NCBI RefSeq assembly: GCF_044324875.1
Contig: NZ_CP172185.1
Direction: 5' to 3' (one strand)
Source: Escherichia coli
Lineage (GTDB): Bacteria > Pseudomonadota > Gammaproteobacteria > Enterobacterales > Enterobacteriaceae
DNA: 64,000 bases
Shown here: positions 1-11,289 of the stretch, in pieces
Layout: each line of letters begins with the position of its first letter
How positions within the stretch are numbered: position 1 is the first letter of the stretch
Position numbers and translations under genes: made by a program
The notes under the pieces: model-generated
The model's database searches: none
What the model saw: the letters and a program-made list of their open reading frames with translations, nothing else
What the model was told of the DNA's origin: nothing

Positions 1-852
1 GATCCCGATGTTAAGCTGGTTGTCGTCTGCACCCACGCGGATAGTCATTTCGAATACGCGAAACGCGCGCTGGAAGCCGGGAAAAATGTGCTGGTCGAAA
101 AACCGTTTACTCCGACAATTGCGCAGGCGAAAGAGCTGTTTGCGCTGGCGAAAAGCAAAGGGCTGACCGTCACGCCGTATCAGAATCGTCGCTTTGATTC
201 CTGCTTCCTGACGGCGAAAAGAGCGATTGAAAGCGGTAAGCTGGGAGAGATTGTTGAAGTGGAAAGCCATTTTGACTATTACCGCCCGGTGGCAGAAACC
301 AAACCTGGGTTGCCGCAGGATGGCGCGTTCTATGGCCTTGGTGTGCATACGATGGACCAGATTATTTCTCTGTTCGGTCGCCCGGATCACGTCGCTTATG
401 ACATCCGCAGCCTGCGCAATAAAGCCAATCCTGACGACACCTTTGAAGCGCAACTGTTTTATGGCGACCTGAAAGCCATCGTCAAAACCAGCCATCTGGT
501 GAAAATCGATTATCCGAAATTTATCGTTCACGGTAAGAAAGGTTCGTTTATTAAATACGGTATCGACCAGCAGGAAACCAGCCTCAAGGCTAATATTATG
601 CCGGGCGAACCGGGATTCGCGGCGGATGATTCGGTCGGTGTGCTGGAGTATGTCAATGACGAGGGTGTGACGGTCAGAGAAGAGATGAAGCCGGAGATGG
701 GCGATTACGGGCGCGTTTATGATGCGTTGTATCAAACCATCACCAACGGTGCGCCAAATTACGTCAAGGAATCTGAAGTTCTTACCAATCTGGAAATCCT
801 TGAACGAGGATTTGAGCAAGCCTCTCCCTCCACAGTGACTCTCGCGAAGTAA
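1..852 (+). CDS. yhhX: Gfo/Idh/MocA-family oxidoreductase, 5' end cut by window edge
   Basis: Open frame from base 1 (DPDVKLVVVCTHADSHFEYAKRALEAGKNVLVEKP...) through stop at 852; position next to yhhW as in K-12. Confidence 0.8.
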   Translation, partial: DPDVKLVVVCTHADSHFEYAKRALEAGKNVLVEKPFTPTIAQAKELFALAKSKGLTVTPYQNRRFDSCFLTAKRAIESGKLGEIVEVESHFDYYRPVAETKPGLPQDGAFYGLGVHTMDQIISLFGRPDHVAYDIRSLRNKANPDDTFEAQLFYGDLKAIVKTSHLVKIDYPKFIVHGKKGSFIKYGIDQQETSLKANIMPGEPGFAADDSVGVLEYVNDEGVTVREEMKPEMGDYGRVYDALYQTITNGAPNYVKESEVLTNLEILERGFEQASPSTVTLAK

Positions 853-974
853 GTTTGATGGCCCCTCGAATAGTTCAATTTTTTTGAACAGAGGGGGCAA
901 TTTTCACCCTCTATCATCCCAGGCGGATCGGGTCCACACTAAGCCCATCGAAATCATTCAGGGGGCGAATAAAA

Positions 975-1670
975 ATGATCTACTTACGCAAAGCAAATGA
1001 ACGTGGTCATGCAAATCATGGCTGGCTGGACTCCTGGCATACTTTCTCTTTTGCCAACTATTACGATCCGAACTTTATGGGCTTCTCCGCGCTGCGCGTG
1101 ATTAACGACGACGTGATTGAAGCAGGGCAGGGCTTCGGCACTCACCCGCATAAAGATATGGAAATTTTGACCTACGTGCTGGAAGGTACTGTTGAGCATC
1201 AGGACAGCATGGGCAATAAAGAGCAGGTTCCGGCGGGTGAGTTCCAGATTATGAGTGCGGGTACGGGTATTCGTCACTCAGAGTACAACCCAAGCAGCAC
1301 CGAGCGTCTGCATCTGTATCAGATCTGGATCATGCCTGAAGAAAACGGTATTACGCCGCGTTATGAACAGCGTCGCTTCGATGCCGTACAGGGCAAACAG
1401 CTGGTGCTCTCGCCGGATGCGCGTGATGGTTCGCTGAAAGTGTATCAGGATATGGAACTGTACCGCTGGGCGCTGGTAAAAGATGAGCAGTCGGTGCATC
1501 AGATTGCCGCTGAACGCCGCGTCTGGATTCAGGTGGTGAAAGGCAATGTCACCATTAACGGCGTGAAAGCCTCGACCAGCGATGGTCTGGCAATCTGGGA
1601 TGAGCAGGCAATCTCCATTCATGCGGATAGCGACAGCGAAGTGTTACTGTTCGATCTGCCGCCGGTTTAA
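975..1670 (+). CDS. yhhW: pirin-like quercetin 2,3-dioxygenase
   Basis: 231-aa ORF with cupin/pirin His motifs (GFGTHPHKDMEILTYVLEG); matches remembered YhhW. Confidence 0.9.
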   Translation: MIYLRKANERGHANHGWLDSWHTFSFANYYDPNFMGFSALRVINDDVIEAGQGFGTHPHKDMEILTYVLEGTVEHQDSMGNKEQVPAGEFQIMSAGTGIRHSEYNPSSTERLHLYQIWIMPEENGITPRYEQRRFDAVQGKQLVLSPDARDGSLKVYQDMELYRWALVKDEQSVHQIAAERRVWIQVVKGNVTINGVKASTSDGLAIWDEQAISIHADSDSEVLLFDLPPV

Positions 1671-1687
1671 AACTCAACGGCATCTTT

Positions 1688-1711
1688 GAAGCCTGCCTTT
1701 TTGCAGGCTTC
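1688..1711 (+). terminator. weak hairpin downstream of yhhW
   Basis: gaagcctgc / gcaggcttc 9-bp stem with T-rich loop; no clear U-tract after it. Confidence 0.35.
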
Positions 1712-1893
1712 CTCACTCGCTCCGGTCGCGTGCTGATGTACGCTTCCGGGGTTTTGCCGCGTCGTTAGCACAATGCGATGCAATTGATTTAGTGTATATC
1801 TAATAATTGTAAACAAGCACTGTTTTCCCCGGGAAGGTTCTGATGCGTCCGTGTTAAACTAAGAGAATCTATCTCTTTTGTACCTTCAGGACG

Positions 1894-2889
1894 ATGAAAA
1901 AGAAAAGACCCGTACTTCAGGATGTGGCTGACCGTGTAGGCGTGACCAAAATGACGGTCAGCCGTTTTTTACGCAACCCGGAGCAGGTTTCCGTCGCTCT
2001 ACGCGGCAAGATTGCCGCCGCTCTTGATGAACTGGGTTATATTCCCAATCGCGCGCCCGATATCCTCTCTAATGCCACCAGCCGGGCGATTGGCGTCCTG
2101 TTACCTTCTCTCACCAACCAGGTTTTCGCGGAAGTATTACGCGGAATCGAAAGCGTCACCGACGCGCACGGTTATCAAACTATGCTGGCGCACTACGGTT
2201 ATAAACCGGAAATGGAGCAAGAACGCCTCGAATCAATGCTCTCATGGAATATCGATGGACTGATCCTCACCGAACGTACCCACACGCCACGCACCTTAAA
2301 GATGATTGAAGTGGCGGGGATTCCGGTGGTGGAGTTGATGGACAGCAAGTCGCCGTGCCTCGATATTGCCGTCGGTTTTGATAACTTTGAAGCGGCACGC
2401 CAGATGACCACCGCCATTATTGCTCGCGGGCATCGCCACATTGCCTATCTCGGCGCACGTCTCGACGAACGTACTATCATCAAACAGAAGGGATACGAAC
2501 AGGCGATGCTGGATGCAGGCCTGGTGCCGTATAGCGTGATGGTTGAGCAATCTTCTTCTTACTCTTCCGGTATTGAACTGATTCGCCAGGCGAGGCGGGA
2601 ATATCCGCAGCTGGATGGCGTGTTCTGTACTAATGATGACCTGGCGGTCGGCGCGGCGTTTGAATGCCAGCGTCTGGGGTTGAAAGTTCCTGACGATATG
2701 GCGATTGCCGGTTTCCACGGTCATGATATTGGTCAGGTGATGGAGCCACGACTGGCGAGCGTGCTGACGCCGCGTGAGCGGATGGGCAGTATTGGCGCTG
2801 AACGCCTGCTGGCGCGTATTCGTGGCGAATCTGTGACACCGAAAATGTTAGATTTAGGTTTCACCTTGTCACCGGGCGGATCTATTTAA
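1894..2889 (+). CDS. gntR: LacI-family gluconate repressor
   Basis: 331-aa ORF with N-terminal HTH (VTKMTVSRFL) and periplasmic-binding-like core; conserved position upstream of gntKU. Confidence 0.95.
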   Translation: MKKKRPVLQDVADRVGVTKMTVSRFLRNPEQVSVALRGKIAAALDELGYIPNRAPDILSNATSRAIGVLLPSLTNQVFAEVLRGIESVTDAHGYQTMLAHYGYKPEMEQERLESMLSWNIDGLILTERTHTPRTLKMIEVAGIPVVELMDSKSPCLDIAVGFDNFEAARQMTTAIIARGHRHIAYLGARLDERTIIKQKGYEQAMLDAGLVPYSVMVEQSSSYSSGIELIRQARREYPQLDGVFCTNDDLAVGAAFECQRLGLKVPDDMAIAGFHGHDIGQVMEPRLASVLTPRERMGSIGAERLLARIRGESVTPKMLDLGFTLSPGGSI

Positions 2890-2969
2890 GCCCACAAATT
2901 TGAAGTAGCTCACACTTATACACTTAAGGCACGGATGGATATTGCTTCTGATATTGTCCGGCCGGACAA

Positions 2970-2997
2970 TGTTACCGATAACAGTTACCCGTAACAT
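2970..2997. promoter_or_regulatory. two adjacent GntR operator palindromes in the gntKU promoter
   Basis: tgttaccgataaca and tgttacccgtaaca palindromes read directly upstream of gntK. Confidence 0.55.
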
Positions 2998-3027
2998 TTT
3001 TATTTCTTGTATTGTGGGGGCACCACT

Positions 3028-3555
3028 TTGAGCACGACTAACCATGATCACCACATTTACGTCTTGATGGGCGTATCGGGCAGCGGCAAATCTGCGGTCG
3101 CCAGTGAAGTGGCGCATCAACTTCATGCCGCGTTTCTTGATGGCGATTTCCTCCATCCGCGCTGCAATATCGAAAAAATGGCGTCTGGCGAACCGCTGAA
3201 TGACGACGATCGCAAACCGTGGTTGCAGGCGCTGAACGACGCCGCGTTTGCTATGCAGCGCACTAATAAAGTGTCGCTGATTGTCTGTTCTGCACTGAAA
3301 AAACACTATCGCGACCTGCTACGCGCGGGTAATCCGAATCTCTCTTTCATCTACCTGAAAGGCGATTTTGATGTGATTGAAAGCCGCCTGAAAGCGCGCA
3401 AAGGCCATTTCTTTAAAACCCAAATGTTGGTGACGCAGTTTGAAACGCTGCAGGAGCCGGGTGCGGACGAAACCGATGTACTGGTGGTAGATATCGATCA
3501 ACCGCTGGAAGGTGTTGTGGCAAGCACCATTGAGGTTATTAAAAAAGGCAAATAA
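3028..3555 (+). CDS. gntK: thermoresistant gluconokinase, probable TTG start
   Basis: P-loop GVSGSGKS; remembered GntK N-terminus MSTTNHDHH corresponds to TTG at 3028; the ATG at 3007 would add 7 residues. Confidence 0.9.
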   Translation: MSTTNHDHHIYVLMGVSGSGKSAVASEVAHQLHAAFLDGDFLHPRCNIEKMASGEPLNDDDRKPWLQALNDAAFAMQRTNKVSLIVCSALKKHYRDLLRAGNPNLSFIYLKGDFDVIESRLKARKGHFFKTQMLVTQFETLQEPGADETDVLVVDIDQPLEGVVASTIEVIKKGK

Positions 3556-3558
3556 GTA

Positions 3559-4899
3559 GTGACTACATTAACGCTTGTTTTAACAGCAGTAGGGTCTGTT
3601 TTACTGCTGCTGTTTTTAGTCATGAAGGCGCGTATGCACGCTTTCCTGGCTTTGATGGTGGTGTCCATGGGGGCTGGCCTTTTTTCCGGTATGCCGCTCG
3701 ATAAAATCGCAGCGACGATGGAAAAAGGGATGGGAGGCACCCTCGGCTTCCTGGCGGTGGTTGTCGCCCTGGGAGCTATGTTTGGCAAGATCTTACATGA
3801 AACTGGCGCAGTCGATCAGATTGCCGTCAAAATGCTCAAATCCTTCGGTCACAGCCGAGCACATTATGCCATCGGCCTTGCGGGGCTGGTTTGTGCGCTA
3901 CCGCTGTTCTTTGAAGTGGCGATTGTTCTGCTGATTAGCGTTGCTTTCTCAATGGCGCGCCACACCGGTACGAACCTGGTGAAACTGGTAATCCCATTAT
4001 TCGCAGGCGTGGCGGCCGCGGCTGCGTTCCTGGTACCGGGGCCAGCGCCAATGCTGCTGGCATCGCAGATGAACGCCGACTTTGGCTGGATGATCCTGAT
4101 TGGCCTGTGTGCGGCAATTCCGGGAATGATTATTGCCGGGCCGCTGTGGGGTAATTTCATCAGCCGCTACGTGGAGTTGCATATTCCTGACGACATCAGC
4201 GAACCGCATCTCGGCGAAGGCAAAATGCCATCTTTCGGATTCAGCCTGTCGCTGATCCTGTTGCCGCTGGTGCTGGTAGGGCTGAAAACCATTGCCGCGC
4301 GTTTTGTGCCAGAAGGCTCTACCGCTTACGAATGGTTCGAGTTTATTGGTCATCCGTTTACCGCGATTCTGGTTGCTTGTCTGGTAGCGATTTATGGCCT
4401 GGCAATGCGTCAGGGCATGCCAAAAGACAAAGTGATGGAGATTTGCGGTCACGCGCTGCAACCGGCGGGGATCATTCTGCTGGTGATTGGTGCAGGCGGC
4501 GTGTTCAAACAGGTGCTGGTTGACTCTGGCGTAGGTCCGGCACTGGGCGAAGCGTTAACCGGCATGGGCCTGCCGATTGCCATCACCTGCTTTGTGCTGG
4601 CTGCGGCGGTGCGTATCATTCAGGGTTCTGCCACCGTTGCCTGTTTAACGGCGGTGGGACTGGTGATGCCGGTTATTGAACAACTGAACTACTCCGGTGC
4701 GCAAATGGCGGCGCTGTCGATTTGTATCGCCGGTGGTTCGATTGTTGTCAGCCACGTTAACGACGCCGGTTTCTGGTTGTTCGGTAAATTTACCGGCGCG
4801 ACCGAAGCCGAAACGCTGAAAACCTGGACCATGATGGAAACCATCCTCGGCACTGTTGGTGCCATCGTTGGGATGATTGCTTTCCAGCTGTTGAGTTAA
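3559..4899 (+). CDS. gntU: low-affinity gluconate:H+ symporter (GntP family)
   Basis: 446-aa polytopic membrane ORF, GntP-family signature, 4 bp after gntK. Confidence 0.95.
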   Translation: MTTLTLVLTAVGSVLLLLFLVMKARMHAFLALMVVSMGAGLFSGMPLDKIAATMEKGMGGTLGFLAVVVALGAMFGKILHETGAVDQIAVKMLKSFGHSRAHYAIGLAGLVCALPLFFEVAIVLLISVAFSMARHTGTNLVKLVIPLFAGVAAAAAFLVPGPAPMLLASQMNADFGWMILIGLCAAIPGMIIAGPLWGNFISRYVELHIPDDISEPHLGEGKMPSFGFSLSLILLPLVLVGLKTIAARFVPEGSTAYEWFEFIGHPFTAILVACLVAIYGLAMRQGMPKDKVMEICGHALQPAGIILLVIGAGGVFKQVLVDSGVGPALGEALTGMGLPIAITCFVLAAAVRIIQGSATVACLTAVGLVMPVIEQLNYSGAQMAALSICIAGGSIVVSHVNDAGFWLFGKFTGATEAETLKTWTMMETILGTVGAIVGMIAFQLLS

Positions 4900-4908
4900 G
4901 TTTGTTCG

Positions 4909-4941
4909 CCCGGTAGTTGTGACGCTACCGGGCTCTTTTCG
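4909..4941. terminator. bidirectional intrinsic terminator between convergent gntU and yhgN
   Basis: cccggtag...ctaccggg stem followed by ctcttttcg. Confidence 0.7.
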
Positions 4942-4955
4942 AAAAACTCTCCTCG

Positions 4956-5549
4956 TTACCCCTTCATCCACATTCGAATGCCGTCGAGGAACATCTGAGT
5001 TGCCATCATCACCAGAATCAATCCCATCAGGCGTTCAAGTGCGTTCACCCCTTTCTCGCCCAGCAGACGTAAAAATAGCGAAGACTGTAGCAGGATGACA
5101 AAGGTGCCGCCCCAGGCCAGTAGCAGAGCAATTACCAGATGTCCCATCTGATTCGGGTACTGATGAGACAACAACATCAGCGTGGCGAGAATAGTCGGCC
5201 CGGCGACTAACGGAATTGCCAACGGCACGATAAACGGCTCTTCACCTGCCGGAAGCCCGCTGCTATTTCCTGAAGCACTGGGGAAAATCATCTTAATGGC
5301 GATCAGAAACAGAATGATGCCGCCAGAAATGGAGACGGTTTCTGCCCGCAGGCTAAGAAATGCCAGAATTTTCTCACCCGCAAACAGGAACACCAGCATC
5401 ACCAGGAGAGCAATAAGCAACTCTCGCACCATGATTGCCCGCCGTCTTTTCGGTTCAGTATGTTTCAGTACGGACATGAAAATAGGTAGGTTTCCGAGCG
5501 GATCCATAATCAGGATCAATAAAACTGCTGCAGAAATGATTTCATTCAT
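4956..5549 (-). CDS. yhgN: MarC-family inner membrane protein
   Basis: 197-aa hydrophobic ORF, matches remembered YhgN. Confidence 0.9.
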   Translation of the reverse strand: MNEIISAAVLLILIMDPLGNLPIFMSVLKHTEPKRRRAIMVRELLIALLVMLVFLFAGEKILAFLSLRAETVSISGGIILFLIAIKMIFPSASGNSSGLPAGEEPFIVPLAIPLVAGPTILATLMLLSHQYPNQMGHLVIALLLAWGGTFVILLQSSLFLRLLGEKGVNALERLMGLILVMMATQMFLDGIRMWMKG

Positions 5550-5740
5550 AACTCAAATTCCCTGATAATTGCCGCGGACTTTCTGCGTGCTAACAAAGCA
5601 GGATAAGTCGCATTACTGATGGCTTCGCTATCATTGATTAATTTCACTTGCGACTTTGGCTGCTTTTTGTATGGTGAAAGATGTGCCAAGAGGAGACCGG
5701 CACATTTATACAGCACACATCTTTGCAGGAAAAAACGCTT

Positions 5741-6844
5741 ATGAAAAATGTTGGTTTTATCGGCTGGCGCGGTATGGTCGGCTCCGTTCTCATGCAACGC
5801 ATGGTTGAAGAGCGCGACTTCGACGCCATTCGCCCTGTCTTCTTTTCTACTTCTCAGCTTGGTCAGGCTGCGCCGTCTTTTGGCGGAACCACTGGCACAC
5901 TTCAGGATGCCTTTGATCTGGAGGCGCTAAAGGCCCTCGATATCATTGTGACCTGTCAGGGCGGCGATTATACCAACGAAATCTATCCAAAGCTTCGTGA
6001 AAGCGGATGGCAAGGTTACTGGATTGACGCAGCATCGTCTCTGCGCATGAAAGATGACGCCATCATCATTCTTGACCCCGTCAATCAGGACGTCATTACC
6101 GACGGATTAAATAATGGCATCAGGACTTTTGTTGGCGGTAACTGTACCGTAAGCCTGATGTTGATGTCGTTGGGTGGTTTATTCGCCAATGATCTTGTTG
6201 ATTGGGTGTCCGTTGCCACCTACCAGGCCGCTTCCGGCGGTGGTGCGCGACATATGCGTGAGTTATTAACCCAGATGGGCCATCTGTATGGCCATGTGGC
6301 AGATGAACTCGCGACCCCGTCCTCTGCTATTCTCGATATCGAACGCAAAGTCACAACTTTAACCCGTAGCGGTGAGCTGCCGGTGGATAACTTTGGCGTG
6401 CCGCTGGCGGGTAGCCTGATTCCGTGGATCGACAAACAGCTCGATAACGGTCAGAGCCGCGAAGAATGGAAAGGGCAGGCGGAAACCAACAAGATCCTCA
6501 ACACATCTTCCGTAATTCCGGTAGATGGTTTATGTGTGCGTGTCGGGGCATTGCGCTGCCACAGCCAGGCATTCACTATTAAATTGAAAAAAGATGTGTC
6601 TATTCCGACCGTGGAAGAACTGCTGGCTGCGCACAATCCGTGGGCGAAAGTCGTTCCGAACGATCGGGAAATCACTATGCGTGAGCTAACCCCAGCTGCC
6701 GTTACCGGCACGCTGACCACGCCGGTAGGCCGCCTGCGTAAGCTGAATATGGGACCAGAGTTCCTGTCAGCCTTTACCGTGGGCGACCAGCTGCTGTGGG
6801 GGGCCGCGGAGCCGCTGCGTCGGATGCTTCGTCAACTGGCGTAA
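5741..6844 (+). CDS. asd: aspartate-semialdehyde dehydrogenase
   Basis: Start [21 protein letters not shown] (Rossmann motif); the six-frame ORF extends upstream to 5681 but the conserved start is 5741. Confidence 0.95.
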
Positions 6845-7115
6845 TCTTTATTCATTAAATCTGGGGCGCGATGCCGCCCTGTTAGTGCGTAATACAGGAG
6901 TAAGCGCAGATGTTTCATGATTTACCGGGAGTTAAATAGAGCATTGGCTATTCTTTAAGGGTGGCGGAATACATGAGTATTCACAGCCTTACCTGAAGTG
7001 AGGACGACGCAGAGAGGATGCACAGAGTGCTGCGCCGTTCAGGTCAAAAAAATGTCACAACCAGAAGTCAAAAATCCAGTTGGATGGGGTGACACAATAA
7101 AACAGGAAGACAAGC

Positions 7116-9302
7116 ATGTCCGATCGTATCGATAGAGACGTGATTAACGCGCTAATTGCAGGCCATTTTGCGGATCCTTTTTCCGTACTGGGGATGCATA
7201 AAACCACCGCGGGACTGGAAGTCCGTGCCCTTTTACCCGACGCTACCGATGTGTGGGTGATTGAACCGAAAACCGGGCGCAAACTCGCAAAACTGGAGTG
7301 TCTCGACTCCCGTGGATTCTTTAGCGGTGTCATTCCGCGACGTAAGAATTTTTTCCGCTATCAGTTGGCTGTTGTCTGGCATGGTCAGCAAAACCTGATA
7401 GATGATCCTTACCGTTTTGGTCCGCTAATCCAGGAAATGGATGCCTGGCTATTATCTGAAGGTACTCACCTGCGCCCGTATGAAACCTTAGGCGCGCATG
7501 CAGATACTATGGATGGCGTCACAGGTACGCGTTTTTCTGTCTGGGCTCCAAACGCCCGTCGGGTCTCGGTGGTTGGGCAATTCAACTACTGGGACGGTCG
7601 CCGTCATCCGATGCGCCTGCGTAAAGAGAGCGGCATCTGGGAACTGTTTATCCCTGGGGCGCATAACGGTCAGCTCTATAAATACGAGATGATTGATGCC
7701 AATGGCAACTTGCGTCTGAAGTCCGACCCTTATGCCTTCGAAGCGCAAATGCGCCCGGAAACCGCGTCTCTTATTTGCGGGCTACCGGAAAAGGTTGTGC
7801 AGACTGAAGAGCGCAAAAAAGCGAATCAGTTTGATGCGCCAATCTCTATTTATGAAGTTCACCTGGGCTCCTGGCGTCGCCACACCGACAACAATTTCTG
7901 GTTAAGCTACCGCGAGCTGGCCGATCAACTGGTGCCTTATGCTAAATGGATGGGCTTTACCCACCTCGAACTGCTGCCCATTAACGAGCATCCGTTCGAT
8001 GGCAGTTGGGGTTATCAGCCAACCGGCCTGTATGCACCGACCCGCCGTTTTGGTACCCGCGACGACTTCCGTTATTTCATTGATGCCGCACACGCAGCTG
8101 GTCTGAACGTGATTCTCGACTGGGTGCCAGGCCACTTCCCGACCGATGACTTTGCGCTTGCCGAATTTGATGGCACGAACTTGTATGAACACAGCGATCC
8201 GCGCGAAGGCTATCATCAGGACTGGAATACGCTGATCTACAACTATGGTCGCCGTGAAGTCAGTAACTTCCTTGTCGGTAACGCGCTTTACTGGATCGAA
8301 CGTTTTGGTATTGATGCGCTGCGCGTCGATGCGGTGGCGTCAATGATTTATCGCGACTACAGCCGTAAAGAGGGGGAGTGGATCCCGAACGAATTTGGCG
8401 GGCGCGAGAATCTTGAAGCGATTGAATTCTTGCGTAATACCAACCGTATTCTTGGTGAGCAGGTTTCCGGTGCGGTGACAATGGCGGAGGAGTCTACCGA
8501 TTTCCCTGGCGTTTCTCGTCCGCAGGACATGGGCGGTCTGGGCTTCTGGTACAAGTGGAACCTAGGCTGGATGCATGACACCCTGGACTACATGAAGCTC
8601 GACCCGGTTTATCGTCAGTATCATCACGATAAACTGACCTTCGGGATGCTCTACAACTACACTGAAAACTTCGTCCTGCCGTTGTCGCATGATGAAGTGG
8701 TCCACGGTAAAAAATCGATTCTCGACCGGATGCCGGGCGACGCATGGCAGAAATTCGCTAACCTGCGCGCCTACTACGGCTGGATGTGGGCATTCCCGGG
8801 CAAGAAACTGCTGTTCATGGGGAACGAATTTGCCCAGGGCCGCGAGTGGAACCATGACGCCAGCCTCGACTGGCATCTGTTGGAAGGCGGCGATAACTGG
8901 CACCACGGTGTCCAGCGTCTGGTGCGCGATCTGAACCTCACCTACCGCCACCATAAAGCGATGCATGAACTGGATTTTGACCCGTACGGTTTTGAATGGC
9001 TGGTAGTGGATGACAAAGAACGCTCGGTGCTGATCTTTGTGCGTCGCGATAAAGAGGGTAACGAAATCATCGTTGCCAGTAACTTTACTCCGGTGCCGCG
9101 TCATGATTATCGCTTCGGCATTAACCAGCCGGGCAAATGGCGTGAAATCCTCAATACCGATTCCATGCACTATCACGGCAGTAATGCCGGCAATGGCGGC
9201 ACGGTACACAGCGATGAGATTGCCAGCCACGGTCGTCAGCATTCATTAAGCCTGACACTACCACCGCTGGCCACTATCTGGCTGGTTCGGGAGGCAGAAT
9301 GA
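7116..9302 (+). CDS. glgB: 1,4-alpha-glucan branching enzyme
   Basis: 728-aa GH13 ORF, matches GlgB. Confidence 0.97.
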   Translation: MSDRIDRDVINALIAGHFADPFSVLGMHKTTAGLEVRALLPDATDVWVIEPKTGRKLAKLECLDSRGFFSGVIPRRKNFFRYQLAVVWHGQQNLIDDPYRFGPLIQEMDAWLLSEGTHLRPYETLGAHADTMDGVTGTRFSVWAPNARRVSVVGQFNYWDGRRHPMRLRKESGIWELFIPGAHNGQLYKYEMIDANGNLRLKSDPYAFEAQMRPETASLICGLPEKVVQTEERKKANQFDAPISIYEVHLGSWRRHTDNNFWLSYRELADQLVPYAKWMGFTHLELLPINEHPFDGSWGYQPTGLYAPTRRFGTRDDFRYFIDAAHAAGLNVILDWVPGHFPTDDFALAEFDGTNLYEHSDPREGYHQDWNTLIYNYGRREVSNFLVGNALYWIERFGIDALRVDAVASMIYRDYSRKEGEWIPNEFGGRENLEAIEFLRNTNRILGEQVSGAVTMAEESTDFPGVSRPQDMGGLGFWYKWNLGWMHDTLDYMKLDPVYRQYHHDKLTFGMLYNYTENFVLPLSHDEVVHGKKSILDRMPGDAWQKFANLRAYYGWMWAFPGKKLLFMGNEFAQGREWNHDASLDWHLLEGGDNWHHGVQRLVRDLNLTYRHHKAMHELDFDPYGFEWLVVDDKERSVLIFVRRDKEGNEIIVASNFTPVPRHDYRFGINQPGKWREILNTDSMHYHGSNAGNGGTVHSDEIASHGRQHSLSLTLPPLATIWLVREAE

Positions 9303-11272
9303 CACAACTCGCCATTGGCAAACCCGCACCCCTCGGCGCGCATTACGACGGTCAGGGCGTCAACTTCACACTTTTCTCCGCTCATGCCGAGCGGGTAGAA
9401 CTGTGTATCTTTGACGCCAATGGCCAGGAACATCGCTATGACTTGCCAGGGCACAGTGGCGACATTTGGCACGGTTATCTGCCGGATGCGCGTCCGGGTT
9501 TGCGTTATGGTTATCGCGTTCATGGCCCCTGGCAACCCGCCGAGGGGCATCGCTTTAACCCGGCGAAGTTGTTGATTGATCCTTGCGCGCGGCAAATTGA
9601 CGGGGAATTTAAAGATAACCCGCTGCTGCACGCCGGTCATAATGAACCTGACTATCGCGACAACGCCGCCATTGCGCCGAAATGCGTAGTGGTGGTTGAT
9701 CACTATGACTGGGAAGATGATGCCCCGCCGCGCACGCCGTGGGGCAGCACCATCATTTATGAAGCCCATGTCAAAGGATTAACGTACCTGCATCCGGAGA
9801 TCCCGGTCGAGATCCGTGGCACTTATAAAGCCCTGGGGCATCCGGTGATGATCAACTATTTGAAACAGTTGGGCATTACCGCGCTGGAACTGCTGCCGGT
9901 GGCGCAGTTTGCCAGCGAACCACGCCTGCAACGTATGGGTCTAAGTAACTACTGGGGTTATAACCCGGTGGCGATGTTTGCGCTGCATCCGGCGTATGCC
10001 TGCTCCCCAGAAACGGCGCTGGATGAGTTTCGCGATGCAATCAAAGCACTGCATAAAGCGGGTATCGAAGTCATTCTTGATATCGTGCTCAACCATAGTG
10101 CGGAACTGGACCTCGACGGCCCGTTATTCTCTCTGCGTGGGATCGACAACCGTAGCTATTATTGGATAAGAGAAGACGGCGATTATCACAACTGGACCGG
10201 TTGTGGCAACACGCTCAATTTGAGTCATCCGGCGGTAGTGGATTATGCCAGCGCTTGCCTGCGTTATTGGGTAGAAACCTGCCACGTCGATGGTTTCCGC
10301 TTTGATCTGGCGGCAGTCATGGGCCGTACGCCAGAGTTCCGTCAGGATGCGCCGTTGTTTACCGCTATCCAGAACTGCCCGGTGCTCTCGCAGGTGAAGT
10401 TAATTGCTGAACCGTGGGATATTGCTCCTGGTGGTTATCAGGTGGGAAATTTCCCGCCGCTGTTTGCCGAGTGGAACGATCATTTCCGCGATGCTGCCCG
10501 TCGTTTCTGGCTTCATTATGATTTGCCTCTGGGGGCGTTTGCCGGGCGTTTTGCTGCCTCCAGCGATGTTTTTAAACGTAATGGTCGTCTGCCGAGTGCC
10601 GCGATTAATCTCGTCACCGCGCATGACGGTTTTACGCTTCGCGACTGCGTTTGCTTCAACCATAAACATAATGAAGCAAACGGAGAAGAAAATCGCGACG
10701 GGACCAACAACAATTACAGTAACAATCATGGTAAAGAAGGGTTAGGCGGTACTCTTGACCTGGTTGAACGGCGTCGCGACAGCATTCACGCCCTGTTAAC
10801 AACGTTGTTGCTCTCCCAGGGTACGCCGATGTTACTGGCCGGTGACGAACATGGTCACAGCCAGCATGGCAATAACAATGCCTACTGTCAGGATAACCAA
10901 TTAACCTGGTTGGACTGGTCGCAGGCAAGCAGTGGTTTAACCGCATTTACCGCCGCGTTAATCCATCTGCGCAAGCGCATTCCCGCTTTGGTGGAGAATC
11001 GCTGGTGGGAAGAAGGCGACGGCAATGTCCGTTGGCTAAATCGATATGCTCAACCTTTAAGCACGGATGAGTGGCAAAACGGGCCGAAACAGCTGCAAAT
11101 TCTGCTCTCGGATCGCTTTTTGATCGCAATTAACGCCACGCTTGAGGTAACAGAGATTGTTTTACCTGCTGGGGAGTGGCACGCCATTCCCCCATTCGCT
11201 GGAGAGGATAACCCAGTGATTACGGCTGTCTGGCAGGGACCTGCACACGGATTGTGTGTGTTCCAGAGATGA
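9299..11272 (+). CDS. glgX: glycogen debranching enzyme
   Basis: 657-aa GH13 ORF; start overlaps glgB stop (ATGA). Confidence 0.97.
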
Positions 11273-11289
11273 TAAAAAAGGAGTTAGTC

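Noticed and set aside
8562-9242. 226-aa minus-strand ORF inside glgB
   Set aside because: Antisense to glgB
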